Shown: positions 1-13,470 of the stretch, one piece after another
Position numbering within the stretch: the stretch's first letter is position 1
How the letters are laid out: the number at the start of each line of letters is the position of its first letter
Assembly: GCF_006345805.1 (NCBI RefSeq)
Contig: NC_043008.1
Span: 8,370,001 to 8,434,000, forward strand
Reading direction: 5' to 3'
Origin: Octopus sinensis
Taxonomy: Eukaryota
DNA: 64,000 nucleotides
Made by a program: the position numbers and the translations under genes
Notes under the pieces: generated by a model
What the model was told of the DNA's origin: nothing
Seen by the model: the letters and a program-made list of their open reading frames with translations, nothing else
Database searches by the model: none

Positions 1-2078
1 AATTTCTTTCTTTTTATTATTTTGAGATACAATGTTTATGGAAATATATTTTGAAGTTAGATTTTCTAGTAGTGAATCAGAATCAACTCTTGATACGTTT
101 TTTAAATGTGGATTTAGATATCGATTTTATGGAAAAGAGATCATGACAACGCAGTGACAAACTATACAATGTTTAAAGGTAATGTTTTTTTTTTACAAGA
201 GGAAATTTAAAAGTTAAAAATTATTTGAATATTGATTAATTAAAATTAAAGTCAGGTTGAAATTTATTTCAAAATTCTAAGAAAAATTGTTTTGGAAATC
301 ATAATTCAAGAAATGAAAAAAATTATATTAAACTAAAGAATTTGAAAAAGTTCATGTAATAATTTAGAAAGAAATAATTAACAAGTGTATTAGCTGCAAA
401 ATTCCAATACTTCCTTAACTGCGATAGAATGTGTGTGATATGCTTCATAAATTTCAAGTTAATGTTCTTATTTGTAGGTCGTTTAACATTATCAGGAAAG
501 AAGTTAATGTAATATTAAGACGCTAACAAGCAAACATATATAAAAAAGATGCAACATTATAAATATGGAAAGGGCATGTTTTGTGGGGATCATATGTGTA
601 TAGGGCTTAATATTTTGCCAAATATACTTCCACATACAGAATCTGTGTGTTACTACATGGGTTGTCGATCGACCTATAATATTCTATAGGCATCAACATT
701 GCAGATAACGGCGTTTCTTCTTTTTACCTTCAAAAACTTTCAAACATAAAGTATAAGACTATCAGAATCCAAAAAGAGGTAAAGGGTGTGCAAATAGAAT
801 CCTCTCAGCGTCTCTTTAAGTGCTTTATGTTTCTGAAGAAGTACATATTTTTTAAGAATGATATAACCTCTAATGAAGAATTGTTTCTCTATATCACAAA
901 ATCCCTCTAAAACATCAGCCGTACACTATAAGAATACTGCTTCGACATTGAAAAATGTTACACAGAAATCGAAATATTTCTATCATAGATAATTTTGTCT
1001 ATTTCATACTTCGTAGTTAACGACGAACACACTTTTCAACCCCCACGTTCTGAAGTATCTTCTAACGCCCTACAACCATGCACACTGAAAGTGATCTCTG
1101 AATATTAACAAACCAGCAACATGCAATTACTTATGTTCAATTTATTCACCGAAACGAGAGTGGTCGTTACATATAGAAAATGAATTATTTCCAAACAGAT
1201 TCAAATCTACAGCTACCACTTTAGATAAAATATGTAAATATTACATTTTATTTCATATCTTTCTGTATACATAATTTCTTTAGTTTAACAGATTTTAGTT
1301 TTCATTTCCAGGTTTGAAATAATTCAAAAGATATGAGCTAACGCAGCATTTAATGTACAATTATTTGTTTTTCTTTCGTGAGAATCACGTGAATATTTTA
1401 ACAATTTTTATTTAACTAAATATGTTTTTATACAACGGTATTATCTGCGACATCAGATTAAGTTTGACGTAAATAAAAGTTGATCAAATGTTAGGAGATT
1501 TTGTTGTTAATTCATTTATTTTCATTTTTGTTACATTTCTAAACGAATTATATTTTCCATTTTAAAACAATGGATTAAAATATTAAAAACATATTCATTA
1601 GACCTGCGAAATATAATTCCACATAATTTAATTAAATTTCTTTTCCTTGAAAGTTAAAGTGCGATTGTAAATCTCTGCTCAATGTAAAAATAAAAGTGAT
1701 AAAACAAAATCAGGGAAAAATTCATACATTTGTTTGGTTTTTATATTTCTAATTTCAAATAAATCACGTTCATGGTCCCAGTTATTCATTTTTTTCTACA
1801 AAATTGAGGTAATCTAATTAAATAATATTTAATTTTCTTGTAAATATAAACATAAATCCAACTTTAATGGCCTATGTAGTTTAGAAATTATGTTTTATTA
1901 CCTAACCTACCTGCTAATGATTCCCAATGTAAATTTTGTGTGTTTATTATTAAGTAAACCATTTCATTTTGCTGTGATAAAACCTTAACGTAAATCGAAT
2001 GCTATTTAAGCGTAAGAAGCAAAAACGTAGAAATGCTATTAACTTCTCGCATACACCGTAAAAATTATTATAACTCAC

Positions 2079-2230
2079 CTCGACACACACGCAGCTACTG
2101 GAAAAAGGGAACTTCCAATAGGGCGTTGTAAATGTTTGGAATACCTGTATTTGAACCAATATGGAGCTAAAGTTCACCGTCACCTTCCAGTATTCACTCT
2201 GCTTGAAGATGTGCTCTTGTTGTTGTTATA
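2079..2230 (-). other. candidate exon (possibly 5' exon of a minus-strand gene leaving the window to the left)
   Basis: Consensus donor GAG|GTGAGT on the minus strand at 2079/2078. One frame is open upstream (QQQEHIFKQSEYWKVTVNFSSILVQ...VCVE). No protein family recognised and the 5' boundary is a guess. Confidence 0.25.
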
Positions 2231-2619
2231 ATGTGTTTCGTCTCCCAAAATTAAGAAACACGCTCAATTTAAACAGAAATTTTAGTGGCTACATCGAGAC
2301 TCATTTTCGTCAAGAGTGCCTTGGAAAGAAATAACATTAACTGGTTACTTTGATGAGTTTATTGGGTGAGATTCTTGTCTGGATGTTGTAGATTATGGTT
2401 TCAAATCCAATTTAAACAGACTCACACAGCGTTCGCTTTCGGGGATTTCTGATGTGACACACGAGGAGAGGCATTCAAACATCTCCATTGCATAGACCCG
2501 TGCAGCTCTGGAGACTGGTAACTGTTGTTATTTATGTTATTTCTACTCTTCTAAATAAGAATTGTTTTTTTCTGCAAATTTTATTGAGTCGAAGTTAAAA
2601 CACACTCAAGAAATCTTGA

Positions 2620-2890
2620 TTGTACAATTTATATCTTGACAGGGAAGTGAGTCCAAGTGAAATCCAACAATGGCCCAAAAGCTCTGGACTAAAAAGAGAA
2701 AGAGAAGGACTTATTCTCGCGGCACAAAACAAATACATGACCACGAACATCTACGAAAGCAGAATAATGAAAACAGGAACTAGCACTAAATGCAGAATGT
2801 GAAAGAAGCACAACGAAGCATGACCGATTAAGCAACTATATCCACTGGAGAGTAAGTCAATACTACAACACAAAAACTAACGAGAAATGG
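2620..2890 (+). mobile_element. R4/Dong-like non-LTR retrotransposon, 3' fragment (post-RT/zinc-knuckle region), degenerate
   Basis: Translation QQWPKSSGLKREREGLILAAQNKYMTTNIYESRIMKTGTSTKCRM*KKHNEA matches the WL...LK.ETEGLI.AAQ...L.T....RI......KCR.C pattern of R4/Dong ORFs. In-frame stop present. Confidence 0.8.
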
Positions 2891-2895
2891 TATAA

Positions 2896-3030
2896 GGCTG
2901 CGATCTGGCAGGAATTTTAGCGCGCCGGGCGAAATGGATAACGGCATTTGTCTGTCGCTACGTTCTGAGTTCAAATTCCGCCGAGGTCGACTTTGATTTT
3001 CATCTTTTCGGGCTCGATTAAATAAGCACA
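2896..3030 (+). mobile_element. SINE family B (tRNA-derived head), partial
   Basis: ggc(t)gcgatctggcagg...gttctgagttcaaattccgccgaggtcgactttg...catc..tcggg; aligns to the copies at 45755-46050 and 52981-53220. B-box-like GAGTTCAAATTCC. Confidence 0.85.
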
Positions 3031-3406
3031 TTGTAGGTGAGGGTTTTTCTCCATGTACTCCATGATTTATGTTAGGGGGCGACAACTTCACATCGCCGCC
3101 CACCATATGTGTTTATCTTGCCATTCTCCTTCAGTCTTCAATCCGTTCTTCACCTCCGCAGCCTCCGCAAAACTCTGTTTTTTCCAATATTTTATCCATT
3201 TTTTCACGGTTCCTTCTCCACTGAAGACAACTCAGGCCCGCTAAGGTCTGAATACATTGTCTCTACCCGCAAAACAGCAAACAAAAAACCCCCAAAACAT
3301 CCGACTCGCACACAAACGACAAACCAAATGCACTCTGGGTAACCGGAAGCCTGGCAACAAGCTACTTACCACGTAGCCTCACCTGCGCCTATACATACAT
3401 ACATAC

Positions 3407-3409
<3 letters not shown>

Positions 3410-3454
<45 letters not shown>

Positions 3455-3599
3455 CTGTTGTGTCTGGGGAGAATCATTTTCTTTTTGTGCCTTATAACGT
3501 AACATACTGACCGGTAAAATTTCCCCTTTTTTATTTTTTACTTTTATCTTATTTTTATTTTCCTAATACACATATACATATACATTACATATATATATA

Positions 3600-3696
<97 letters not shown>

Positions 3697-3750
3697 TATA
3701 GATAGATAGATAGTAGATAGATAGATAGATAGATAGATTATATATTAGCT

Positions 3751-3807
<57 letters not shown>

Positions 3808-3810
3808 GTA
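3410..3810. repeat. compound (TA)n / (GATA)n microsatellite
   Basis: Directly visible tandem repeats. Confidence 0.95.
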
Positions 3811-3814
3811 TTAT

Positions 3815-4050
3815 TATGTGTGTGCCTTTGTGTCTGTGTTTGCCCTACCACTATTGCTTGACAAACGGCGTTGGTGTGTTTACGTACCCGTAAGTTAGAG
3901 CTTCATAAAAAGAGACAGACCGTATAAGCATTAGGCTTACAAAGAATGAGTACTGGAGTCGAATTTAACCCGCTAAGGTAAAACCCCGTTAAGGCGTTGC
4001 TCCAGCATGACCGGTGTCAACTGACTGAAACAAGTAAAGAATAGAAGAAT
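3815..4050 (+). mobile_element. SINE family A, 3' half, diverged
   Basis: ttgacaaacggcgttggtgtgtttacgt...gctccagcatg...tgactgaaacaagtaaagaat matches the 3' part of the full copies at 8565-8982 and 37889-38283. Confidence 0.8.
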
Positions 4051-4394
4051 AAAAAAATTCATAAACGTTCTTAGTTAAAAAAGCAACGTATGCAGTCATG
4101 GCAGATTTTTGGCTCTCACACTCTGCATATGCAGCCAGAATTATGTTATGAGATACGAAGAGAATAGTTTTGTGATAAACATAAGTCGAAAAATGTCAAA
4201 CCGTCTAGAATGTCTTTTATGTAAGATATGTCATTTCGCTGAGGCTGAGAGATCAAAGCAAATCTACCGAATAACCTGTTTTACGAACAATGCAAGATTT
4301 GAGAAATGCGCATAAACACTGCGTGAGTAATTAATATATACGGTGCAATAGGTTTGACGAGATGCAAATGGATCTACAAGCATGCGTACATATA

Positions 4395-4433
4395 TACTTG
4401 TGTGTGTGTGTATGTATATATATATAATATATT

Positions 4434-4464
<31 letters not shown>

Positions 4465-4635
4465 TATATATTATATATCATCCATATATACTATATGTAT
4501 ATACATACATACATACATACATAGATATATAATATATATATAAATTTTACAATATATACATTTTTATATTATACTTATATATATATATATATATGTATAC
4601 ATATATGTATGTGTAATATATGTATATATATGTAC

Positions 4636-4680
<45 letters not shown>

Positions 4681-4716
4681 GAATGTGTGTATGCATATAG
4701 ATTTTTTCCATCTATC

Positions 4717-4753
<37 letters not shown>

Positions 4754-4790
4754 GTTGTGTGAGTGTGTGTGTATACATGTATACACATAT
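4395..4790. repeat. (TA)n/(ATAC)n/(TG)n microsatellite block
   Basis: Directly visible. Explains the YIYI-type ORFs in the track. Confidence 0.95.
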
Positions 4791-5306
4791 ATGCCTTTTC
4801 CTACGTCTATAGCTATCTACCTATCTACACCGAGATCTCAAAGTAAATGAACGATCCTCGCGTTTAAGTTAATTCTTAACTCAAAAATGAAATAGTTTAT
4901 ATTTATATGAAAACAATGCCTCAGCTGTTTTATCAAATACCTTACATAGTCGTAATTAACCACCGTACTGAATCAATACAATCTACATCGTTACACTCTG
5001 CCCCTTTTTTCCTATTACTATATGACCTTTCTTCATCTGTCGCTTAGTGTTTTCTTTGAAGAAGAGTGGTACAAGCAAACTAAAATCTGCGTGACAAGTT
5101 CATGGAGTTTGCTCGCTATTTACGGCTACAAAGGATTTTCGGTACGATAAACGAGACGTTTTTGTTGTTTTTGTTGTTTTTCTTTATATTTCTTGCTATT
5201 TTCTTGTTTTTAAAATTGTTTGTTCTAATATTGCCACTCTGAAACAATTTCCTTAAGAGATATAGCAATAAATACGAATATGTTTATTTGGATATATTCG
5301 CATTGG

Positions 5307-5470
5307 GAAAGGCGGCTAATTGACGGAATTGCTACAGCGATTTTACATTCTGAGTTCAATTTCCACTCGGATCGACTCTGCCTTTCATCCTTTTGGGGTT
5401 GAGAAATGCGCTCGAAATTATCGAATTATCCCACCATCAATATTTCTCGCTTATACCAAACATTAAGTAA
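5307..5470 (+). mobile_element. SINE family B, diverged
   Basis: ggcggctaattgacggaatt...ttctgagttcaatttccactcggatcgactctgcctttcatcc similar to other family B copies. Confidence 0.7.
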
Positions 5471-5494
5471 TTTTATAGGTTGTTTATATTCTCT

Positions 5495-5890
5495 TTCTCT
5501 TTCTCTTTTACTTGTTTCAGTCATTTGACTGCGGCCATGCTGGAGCTACGCCTTTAATCGAGCAACTCGACCCTGGGACTTATTCTTTTGTAAGCCCAGT
5601 ACTTATTCTATCGCTCTCGTTTTGCCGAACCGCTAAGTAACGGGGACATAAACGCACTAGCATCGGTTGTCAAGCAATGCTAGGGGGGATAAACACAGAC
5701 ACACACACGCATATACATATACACATATGTACGACGGGCTTCTTTCAGTTTCCGTCTACAAAATCCACTCACAAGGCTTTGGTCGGCCCGAGGCTATAGT
5801 AGAAGACACTTGCCCAAGGTGCCACGCAGTGGGATTGAACCCGGAACCATGTGGCTGGTAAACAAGCTACTTACTACACAGCCACTCCTG
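5495..5890 (-). mobile_element. SINE family A (tRNA-derived head), near full length
   Basis: Reverse complement reads caggagtggctgtgtagtaagtagcttg...ggttccgggttcaatcccactgcgtggcaccttgggcaagtgtcttctactatagcc...gactgaaacaagtaaaag, with A/B-box-like head. Confidence 0.9.
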
Positions 5891-6359
5891 TTTTCTTTTC
5901 TCTTTATTGTGCTGTTGTATACGGCCTTGTTGCTAGACAGGGGCTTAATACTAAGTAATAAATTAAATATTTCAACCATAGACTGACTATGATTTGCGTT
6001 GTACTTTATTAAATCTATGCTTCGTATATTAAAGTCATCGATTTTTATATATGTACTATGTCTCGTTTTGATGCAGACTTATCATCGCTTGATATTTTCA
6101 TTATCGTTCATATGTTTATTTATGAAGTAGAGCTTTTCAAGAAAACGAAAAAAAATTAATGTTGGGTACATTTTGTTATCCCACCCCCGTGAAAAAAAAC
6201 CCACTAAAAAATCAAGTTAATGTGGCGACAAGAGATTGGATTCAATACTTTCGATTCTATACGTCAACACGTTGCTGACTTTTGGCCTCCTCAATAGGAA
6301 TGGTATAATATGTCATAAAATGTTATTTGATTCAGTAAGATTTTTTTTTTCGGTTTTCA

Positions 6360-6390
6360 GATTGGATAGATAGGTAGATAGATAGATAGG

Positions 6391-6475
<85 letters not shown>

Positions 6476-6533
6476 TGACAGACAGACACTCAGGCGGATA
6501 GATAGATAGATAGATAGTTAGATAGATGGATGT

Positions 6534-6567
<34 letters not shown>

Positions 6568-6577
6568 GGATAGATAG

Positions 6578-6608
<31 letters not shown>

Positions 6609-6780
6609 GATAGATAGATAGACAGACAGATAGACAAATAGATAGATAGAATAGATAGAAGATAGATAGATAGATAGATAGATGGATAGATAGATAGATA
6701 TAGATAGATAGATAGATTGATAGATAGATAGATAGATAGATGGATAGATAGATGGATGGATGTATAGATAGATACATACA
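6360..6780. repeat. long (GATA)n/(GACA)n tetranucleotide microsatellite (~420 bp)
   Basis: Directly visible. Confidence 0.95.
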
Positions 6781-7451
6781 TGCATATATCCATATTTACA
6801 TACATAGAGTTAAATATATGGCATGTAGCTATATATACATATTATATAAGCGTATACCTATAAATACGAATATATAGGTATACCTAAACATGAAATCATC
6901 TACAGTTACGTATATTTGTTTATAAGTATTTATTGTAAGTATTGCACCGATATATTTACCTTTATCTCACACGTATTTATAACCTTAAATCCGTGATACA
7001 GGCAAAGAATTATATACGGCTTTCGTTCTCGTCGGGAGTTGTTCTCTGACTAAAGTTGTATTACTTTTTAACGGTGGTAATGTGAATGATTCTGTAATCA
7101 AAAAATTTTAAATATTACTAGTTTAATAAATGAAGCCATTATTTTTACATCAGTAATTATGGCCTGCCATCCTCTCAGAATTATCTGCAAAATGACTAAT
7201 GCCAGTTGTCGTTTAAACTACAATACCTGCCTACAAATTCCATAATATAACCTAATTTAATGTAGGGAGAAAATCTAAAAACTAGCGAGATATTTTGAGT
7301 CTTCAGTATTGCGTCTAGTTAAAGAGGAGACTTTACTATAAATATAATCATGTGACTAGATATTATATTCATCATCAACTCAGGTTACACACCTGGTTTA
7401 AAAACAAAAAGATACCGTGATCTTTGAATGTTCATTTATGGATCTTTTATT

Positions 7452-7795
7452 TTTTACATCTTTCAGTCTTTGAGCCACATTGGGACACCACCTTGAAGCC
7501 CAGGAAAACAGCCCCAGTACTTATTTCTTAAGCGTGGTAATTAATATATATGCCTCGTTTTGCCGCATCGCTAAGTAAAGGGGCGTAAACCATGCAACAC
7601 CGGTTGTCAATCGGTGTTGCAGGACCAACACACACCCACCACACATATATATATATATATAGTTTCCGTCTATCAAATCTTCTCACAAGACATTAGTCGG
7701 CTAGGAGCAATAATAGAAGATACTTCCTCATGGTGCCGCGCAGTGAAAGGGAATCCAAGACTACATAGTTAAGAATCAAACGTCTTCATACGAGG
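7452..7795 (-). mobile_element. SINE family A, old diverged copy
   Basis: cagccccagtacttatttct...gccgcatcgctaagtaa...ggttgtcaa...gtttccgtctatcaaatc...gtgccgcgcagtg colinear with 5495-5890. Confidence 0.75.
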
Positions 7796-8564
7796 CGCCC
7801 GATCAAGAAATACTTTATCTATCCAAATTGGTGAAAAGCAAATTGTATCTCGGTGGTATTTGAACACTGAACGCAACGATAGGATGCTGGCCACCATTTT
7901 GTCCAACGTGCCAATGATAATGCCAACTTGCCACCTTGTACGTTTTCGCATATTATTCTTATTTTTGTGCATCTCTGTGCATATATTTGTGTATTCACAC
8001 ACACACACACACACACGAAAACACACACATACCCATAAATATACATTCAGTAGATACATGTGTGTACGTGTGTGTGTATATATGTGTGTGCAGGTGTGTA
8101 TAAATGCGGCTTCACATGTTTTTGCTATACTTATTCCTGAATTTTGTTATAAAAGATAGCATTTTTACGCATTTCTTTGTTTTACGAGACTTGTCATTAG
8201 AGGGAGATTCAGCTGTTATTTCTACATCTAAATACTCCCAAATAATTCTTTTAGAGCCTTAAAGATTTAAGCCTTTCACGATTGATTGTTAAGTACTATA
8301 TATTTCATATAATTAGAAATGCTATTTGTATTTCACTGTGACGTATTTCACGGATCTTTTTCTGAAAAGACTGCATTTTGAAAACACCATGCTTTTATAT
8401 TTGGCATCACGTGTTTTTCTTCTCCTCCATGTGTGTTCTTCATATTTTATACTTGCTAATGTGAGCTGTTCAGATATAGTCTGCAAAATTACGTTGTGGT
8501 GTATTTTGAAATACATTCATCTTAAGACTTCCGTTGTATTTTGATTTTATTAGGAAATGTATAG

Positions 8565-8982
8565 GAGCAGGAGTGGCTGTGTAGTAAGTAGCTTGTTTAC
8601 CAACCACATGGTTCCGGGTTCAGTCCCACTGCGTGGCATCTTGGGCAAGTATCTTCTGCTATAGCCCCGGGCCGATCAATGCCTTGTGGGTGAATTTGGT
8701 AGACGGAAACTGAAAGAAGCCAGTCGTATATATGTATATGTATATATGTGTGTGTGTGTACGTGTTTGTGTGTCTGTGTTTGTCCCACCCAACATTGTTT
8801 GACAACCGATGCTGGTGTGTTTATGTCTCCGTAACTTAGCGGTTTGGCAAAAGAGACCGATAGAATAAGTACTGGGCTTACAAAGAATAAGTCCCGGGGT
8901 CGATTTGCTCGTCTAAAAGCAGTGCTCCAGCATGGCCACAGTCAAATGACTGAAACAAGTAAAAGAGTAAAAGAGTAAAGAG
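8565..8982 (+). mobile_element. SINE family A, full length
   Basis: gcaggagtggctgtgtagtaag...ggttccgggttcagtcccactgcgtggc... ending in (aaagagt)n tail. Confidence 0.92.
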
Positions 8983-9149
8983 TATTGTACTTGTTTATAC
9001 TTCTTGATAAATGTTTCCTACGTCTGTTTTACAATATATTCTACAGACTCGAACAATGAATCTGTAGTACATTGAACCGGTATACCAATACTTTTGTAGG
9101 CCAACGTCTCGGAGGTAGATAGCAGACTTTATTATACACGAAATGTTGT

Positions 9150-9700
9150 ATGTGTTTTTCATGTTCTTATCTGTACCTTTCTATTGACTGCAACTTCCAG
9201 CTTGCAGCTTCGTATTTTAGATATAGATAATCTATATTTCTACAAACGAAAGTATCGTCCACGTTGTTATCAAAACGTGTCCAGCAGTTATCAAAATTCG
9301 AAAATGCTATTGAATGAAACTTCAAAGCAGCTTCATAGACCAAGACTCCAATGAACTTGCCAAATATTAAATATACTTGAGGCTTTCCAAACTAATTTTT
9401 TCAGGTATTTATTGCAGGTTTCCTTCTAATTTTAATTTCCAAATTTCAACCCTTTTTATTGACCAGATTCAGTTAACATTAATCATTAAACTCATGACGT
9501 TTTCTCATTAATATATGGTAATTTCAATTAACTCGGTATTCTTTGCTGACTACATGATGTACATTAGCATTCATCCAGTCTCTCTTAGATGCTCGACTAA
9601 AGTCTTTCAGCAGGGCGGAAATCTTTGAAACCTTCGTATAGAAAATATTGCAACACTGAAGGCAAATAGTATTAGTAAACCATGCATACACACATGAAAA
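9150..9700 (-). mobile_element. Penelope-like RT remnant (motifs 4-5), highly degenerate
   Basis: Minus-strand translation GKPQVYLIFGKFIGVLVYEAALK...CWTRFDNNVDDTFVCRN resembles the GSP...LANIFM...E / W.RYVDDTF motifs of Penelope-like RT. VDDTF at about 9249-9263. Confidence 0.5.
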
Positions 9701-9934
9701 AAACGCATGCAATGTTTTCTGCCTTAATACAACACGCTATCGTTGATCTGTAACAGATTGGATAGTGGAGTTTTACGTTTTTATATCAACATTGTAACTA
9801 CACCTATATTTCTTCTTTCTCTTATTCTTTATTTATCTAGAAATGCGGTCGAAATTATCGAATTATCCCTCCATCAATATTTCTCGCTTATGCCAAACAT
9901 TAAGTAATTTTATAGGTTGTTTATATTCTCTTTC

Positions 9935-10035
9935 TTTTTACTCTTTTGCTTGTTTCAGTCATTTGACTGCGGCCATGCTGGAGCACAACATTTAGTCGAG
10001 CAAATCGACCCCAGGACTTATTCTTTGTAAGCCCT
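9935..10035 (-). mobile_element. SINE family A, 3' fragment
   Basis: cttgtttcagtcatttgactgcggccatgctggagc...gacttattctttgtaagccc. Confidence 0.85.
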
Positions 10036-10559
10036 TCACCACTAAGCCACAAACCCTCACACACACACATATATAATGTTCTCTTAAGTTTAGAAAAGTT
10101 TCTTATTTTGAATTGTCAACCGATTGACTTTCGTAAATGATGAGTGATGAAATTACAATTTTCTTTTGAAGGTCTGCAGGTTCAAATTCGTGATGCAATC
10201 GTTTACATAACTGTAGCTGCACTTGTATTCGCAAAGCGAAACCCACATAGGGATAATATGATTTGCGATTGTATAATAAAATGGAAAATATAATTGCCCG
10301 TTTTGTTCTCCTCTCGGATATACTCTCTGCAAATTATTCTATTGTACATCATAACGGACATCGGTGAACAAATTATATTTAACACCTGTTTCCAATATGG
10401 ATATACATGGATCTTCATGGATTTTCACGGATTTCTAAGTTCTAATATTGGTTGATCATTATTCTCTTTCCTTCCAAACGCAATTCTCAAATATACACAT
10501 ACTTACACACATTCACACACTCGTACATACACACTCATACGTATACAGACATATATGCA

Positions 10560-10564
10560 TACAT

Positions 10565-10661
<97 letters not shown>

Positions 10662-10732
10662 GATATATATATATATACATGTAAAAGCATATACATATTG
10701 GTGCATATATTTATGTATATTTAAATATATAT

Positions 10733-10814
<82 letters not shown>

Positions 10815-10815
10815 T
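10560..10815. repeat. (TA)n and (GATA)n microsatellites
   Basis: Directly visible. Confidence 0.95.
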
Positions 10816-11223
10816 ATGTGTGTGTCTGTATTATGAATATGTATATATCTATATATACATATATAGATATACTTACATGTATATAACACCACACACATAT
10901 ACATGCATATATATAAACTCAGACACGCACACACACTCATACATGTATTCTCGGAATAACTGTTATATCTAATTCCGATAATAATACTGTCGAATCAATT
11001 TCTGGTTCCAGGTGATGTGTTAGAATTTATAATTTATGCTAATAAATATATAAATATTAGATACAATGACTTATTTAAAATTTAGTGAGCGTTATTTGCA
11101 AAAGTCTCTACAATATATACTCCGGGGAAAATTTTCGTCCTCGTATACATTGCTAGATCGTTGAATTGCGAATCATAATAGCCCAATTACCCACCTTATC
11201 CATCTGTTCAAAAATAAACCACC

Positions 11224-11235
11224 ATGAACGGAGAG
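11224..11235 (+). CDS. candidate start-codon exon end (M-N-G-E, phase-0 donor) of an unidentified plus-strand gene
   Basis: CCACC-ATG-AAC-GGA-GAG|GTAAGT: strong Kozak-like context directly followed by a consensus donor. No downstream exon could be confidently linked. Confidence 0.3.
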
Positions 11236-13189
11236 GTAAGTTATAGTTTCAATAGAATTTCCTTTTGGAAAGTCTATGAGAATCATTCTATTATATTGAG
11301 TGTGAATACGGTTTTGTTATTTGTTATTATTAGTATAGCAAGTGATTTTAAAGTTTAGTGAGATAAATATTCGTGGTACAAATAACATTAGACGACTGAT
11401 TAATGATTCGGCAGAGAAATTCTTATTTTCAGTATTCAGAGAAAATTTCGGATAATCATAGCGTTGGGTAAATGTAAATTGAACAGCTGAAAGGATTCGA
11501 ATATTATCTAATATTAGCAATGCAATTAAACTAATCAACGGAGTACCGAACTACCAAATGAAGCGACACTCGTGCTCAAAGGCCTGTGGCGCTATAACTT
11601 GCGTATGACAAATGTTGGTAACGCTCCAACAGGCTAATCAGTAAGTAAGTCTCTATGCAATGAAATTCAATAAATCTAAGCATTGAGTTCACTGCAAACA
11701 CTGAGAGTGTCTTGGCTGAAAACAACAACAAACTCAGTTTTTATTGAACATGATATAGATGAAGTTAAATCTGATATATAGAGGTTCTAAGAAATACCTG
11801 GACGATCGATACGTTTTTATTATCTATAAACGCATGATAAACCCAAATTTTGATATTTAACTAACAAACATTAATAAATATATAAATTTCTATATTTTGA
11901 ATGGCACTGATTATTGCCTAAAATAATTTCATTAGTCTAGTATATACATATTTTTGTTTCTTTCAATTCGTTTCCCTGTCAATGTGGCGAGCATATTTTC
12001 TATTTGAGTTATTGTATTGTTTTCATATAAGATCTTATTGGTCATGAATTCTGGAACTTTGCATATGGTTATCACTGTATATTAACTATTTCGCTTTCTT
12101 TTCCCTTTCAAATCCTCTGAAATTTCGCAAAAACTTTTGCCTTTCACTGTTTTTGTTTTTATCAAGTTAGTTTCCTAAAATTATACTTAGCACGATTTCC
12201 ATTAATTAAGGCTAATATTCTGTTAATTCTGCAGTAATTAATTAGAGAACTTTAATGAAGAAGAATTAAGCAAATAAATAACCCTTCGAAAATATTAACT
12301 GTTTCATTCATCTTTGTACTAAACAATATAAAACTGCAAAAGTTTAATGTCATCTTTAGAATGGAAACGCCTTTAACTATTCTAAAATTTGTAACCCCAA
12401 TCTGTTGTTCACCCTCTTTATTGTAGAATTTAACTTGAAACGTCACGTGTTGATGATAAGTTGATTATTAAACATATTAATGTTCGCTTGTTCATTTGAT
12501 AAACCCGATGAGTGGAGAGTTATGAAATATATTACAAAAAATTATGGCTGCTGTTCATTATCTTATGTGCGTTGTGTATATTGGATGTCTGTCTGTACGA
12601 TGTTTGCATGACAAGAAAGGTTCTTAACGAAACAAATGTGGGAGAGAGTGCTGAAAAATTCTAGGCTCTAAGAGTATCACGAATAACCTGGTGGGAGACC
12701 CAACCTACCGAGTTCTTTTATAGGGCTTAGAAAGCCTGAAGGACCGTTGTAATAGTTGCATGAATTTCATATGGGAATATGCCGAATAAAAACAATCTGA
12801 TCCTCATGTATTTTCTTTTACGGAAAGCAAGGAAGTTTCCAGCGTCCATTTGTGCATGTACCAGATAACCCATTCACATCTTATTGTTATGTATGTATAT
12901 CAGAGTGAGGTGCTGTAAAAATGATTTGCTATAATTGCTATTCAATAATACAAGGCTACCTTCGTATTTAGCAAAAATTATAGGCTGTTATAACTAAGTA
13001 TAGTTTTCATGCGTAAATTTAATATTGAAAATGATAACAACATCATGAAAGCATCTGACGTCATCACTTTCATTAAATCTGTGAAATCATTTCATAGTTC
13101 TAAGCTGTCAATACCAAAATGCAAGGCAAACGTTGTTGAGTTTGACATAACGGATAATTAATCAAACATTTTTGAAGAGTTATTGGCTC

Positions 13190-13470
13190 AGGAACTAGAT
13201 TTCATTAGAACATTCCATGATATATGCGATAAGAGCATAATAGTAATTAAGCTCACCAAGAGTGTCGCTGATAATTGCTTGGCCTTCATCAGACGATCCA
13301 GTCCAATTAAAGCCTCTTCTGACATGGGAATAAGTAAATTCGAAAGTGTCGAGATATGCGACTCAGCGCGTATATTAATTGGACGTCCTGCATCATACGT
13401 TTCTTTCAACCGTGTTTCCTTTGTTCAAGGATAGTACATGAGCTACATTTAGGTTTGCCAAACGATAGTC
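13190..13470 (-). mobile_element. Penelope-like RT remnant (motifs 1-3), degenerate
   Basis: FGKPKC...(frameshift)...DAGRPINIRAESHISTLSNLLIPM...TLLVSL resembles the YGLPK.HK / GRPI.S...T..IS..L...L.PL / LVS.DV motifs of Penelope-like RT. GRPI at about 13377-13388. Confidence 0.4.

Noticed and set aside
3216-3280. CTGAAGA-containing possible hammerhead
   Set aside because: No GAAA at the end of a stem II and no stem I complement.
11545-11650. Apparent donor CA|GTAAGT
   Set aside because: It is part of a (GTAA)n-type tail of a probable retroelement 3' end rather than a supported exon.
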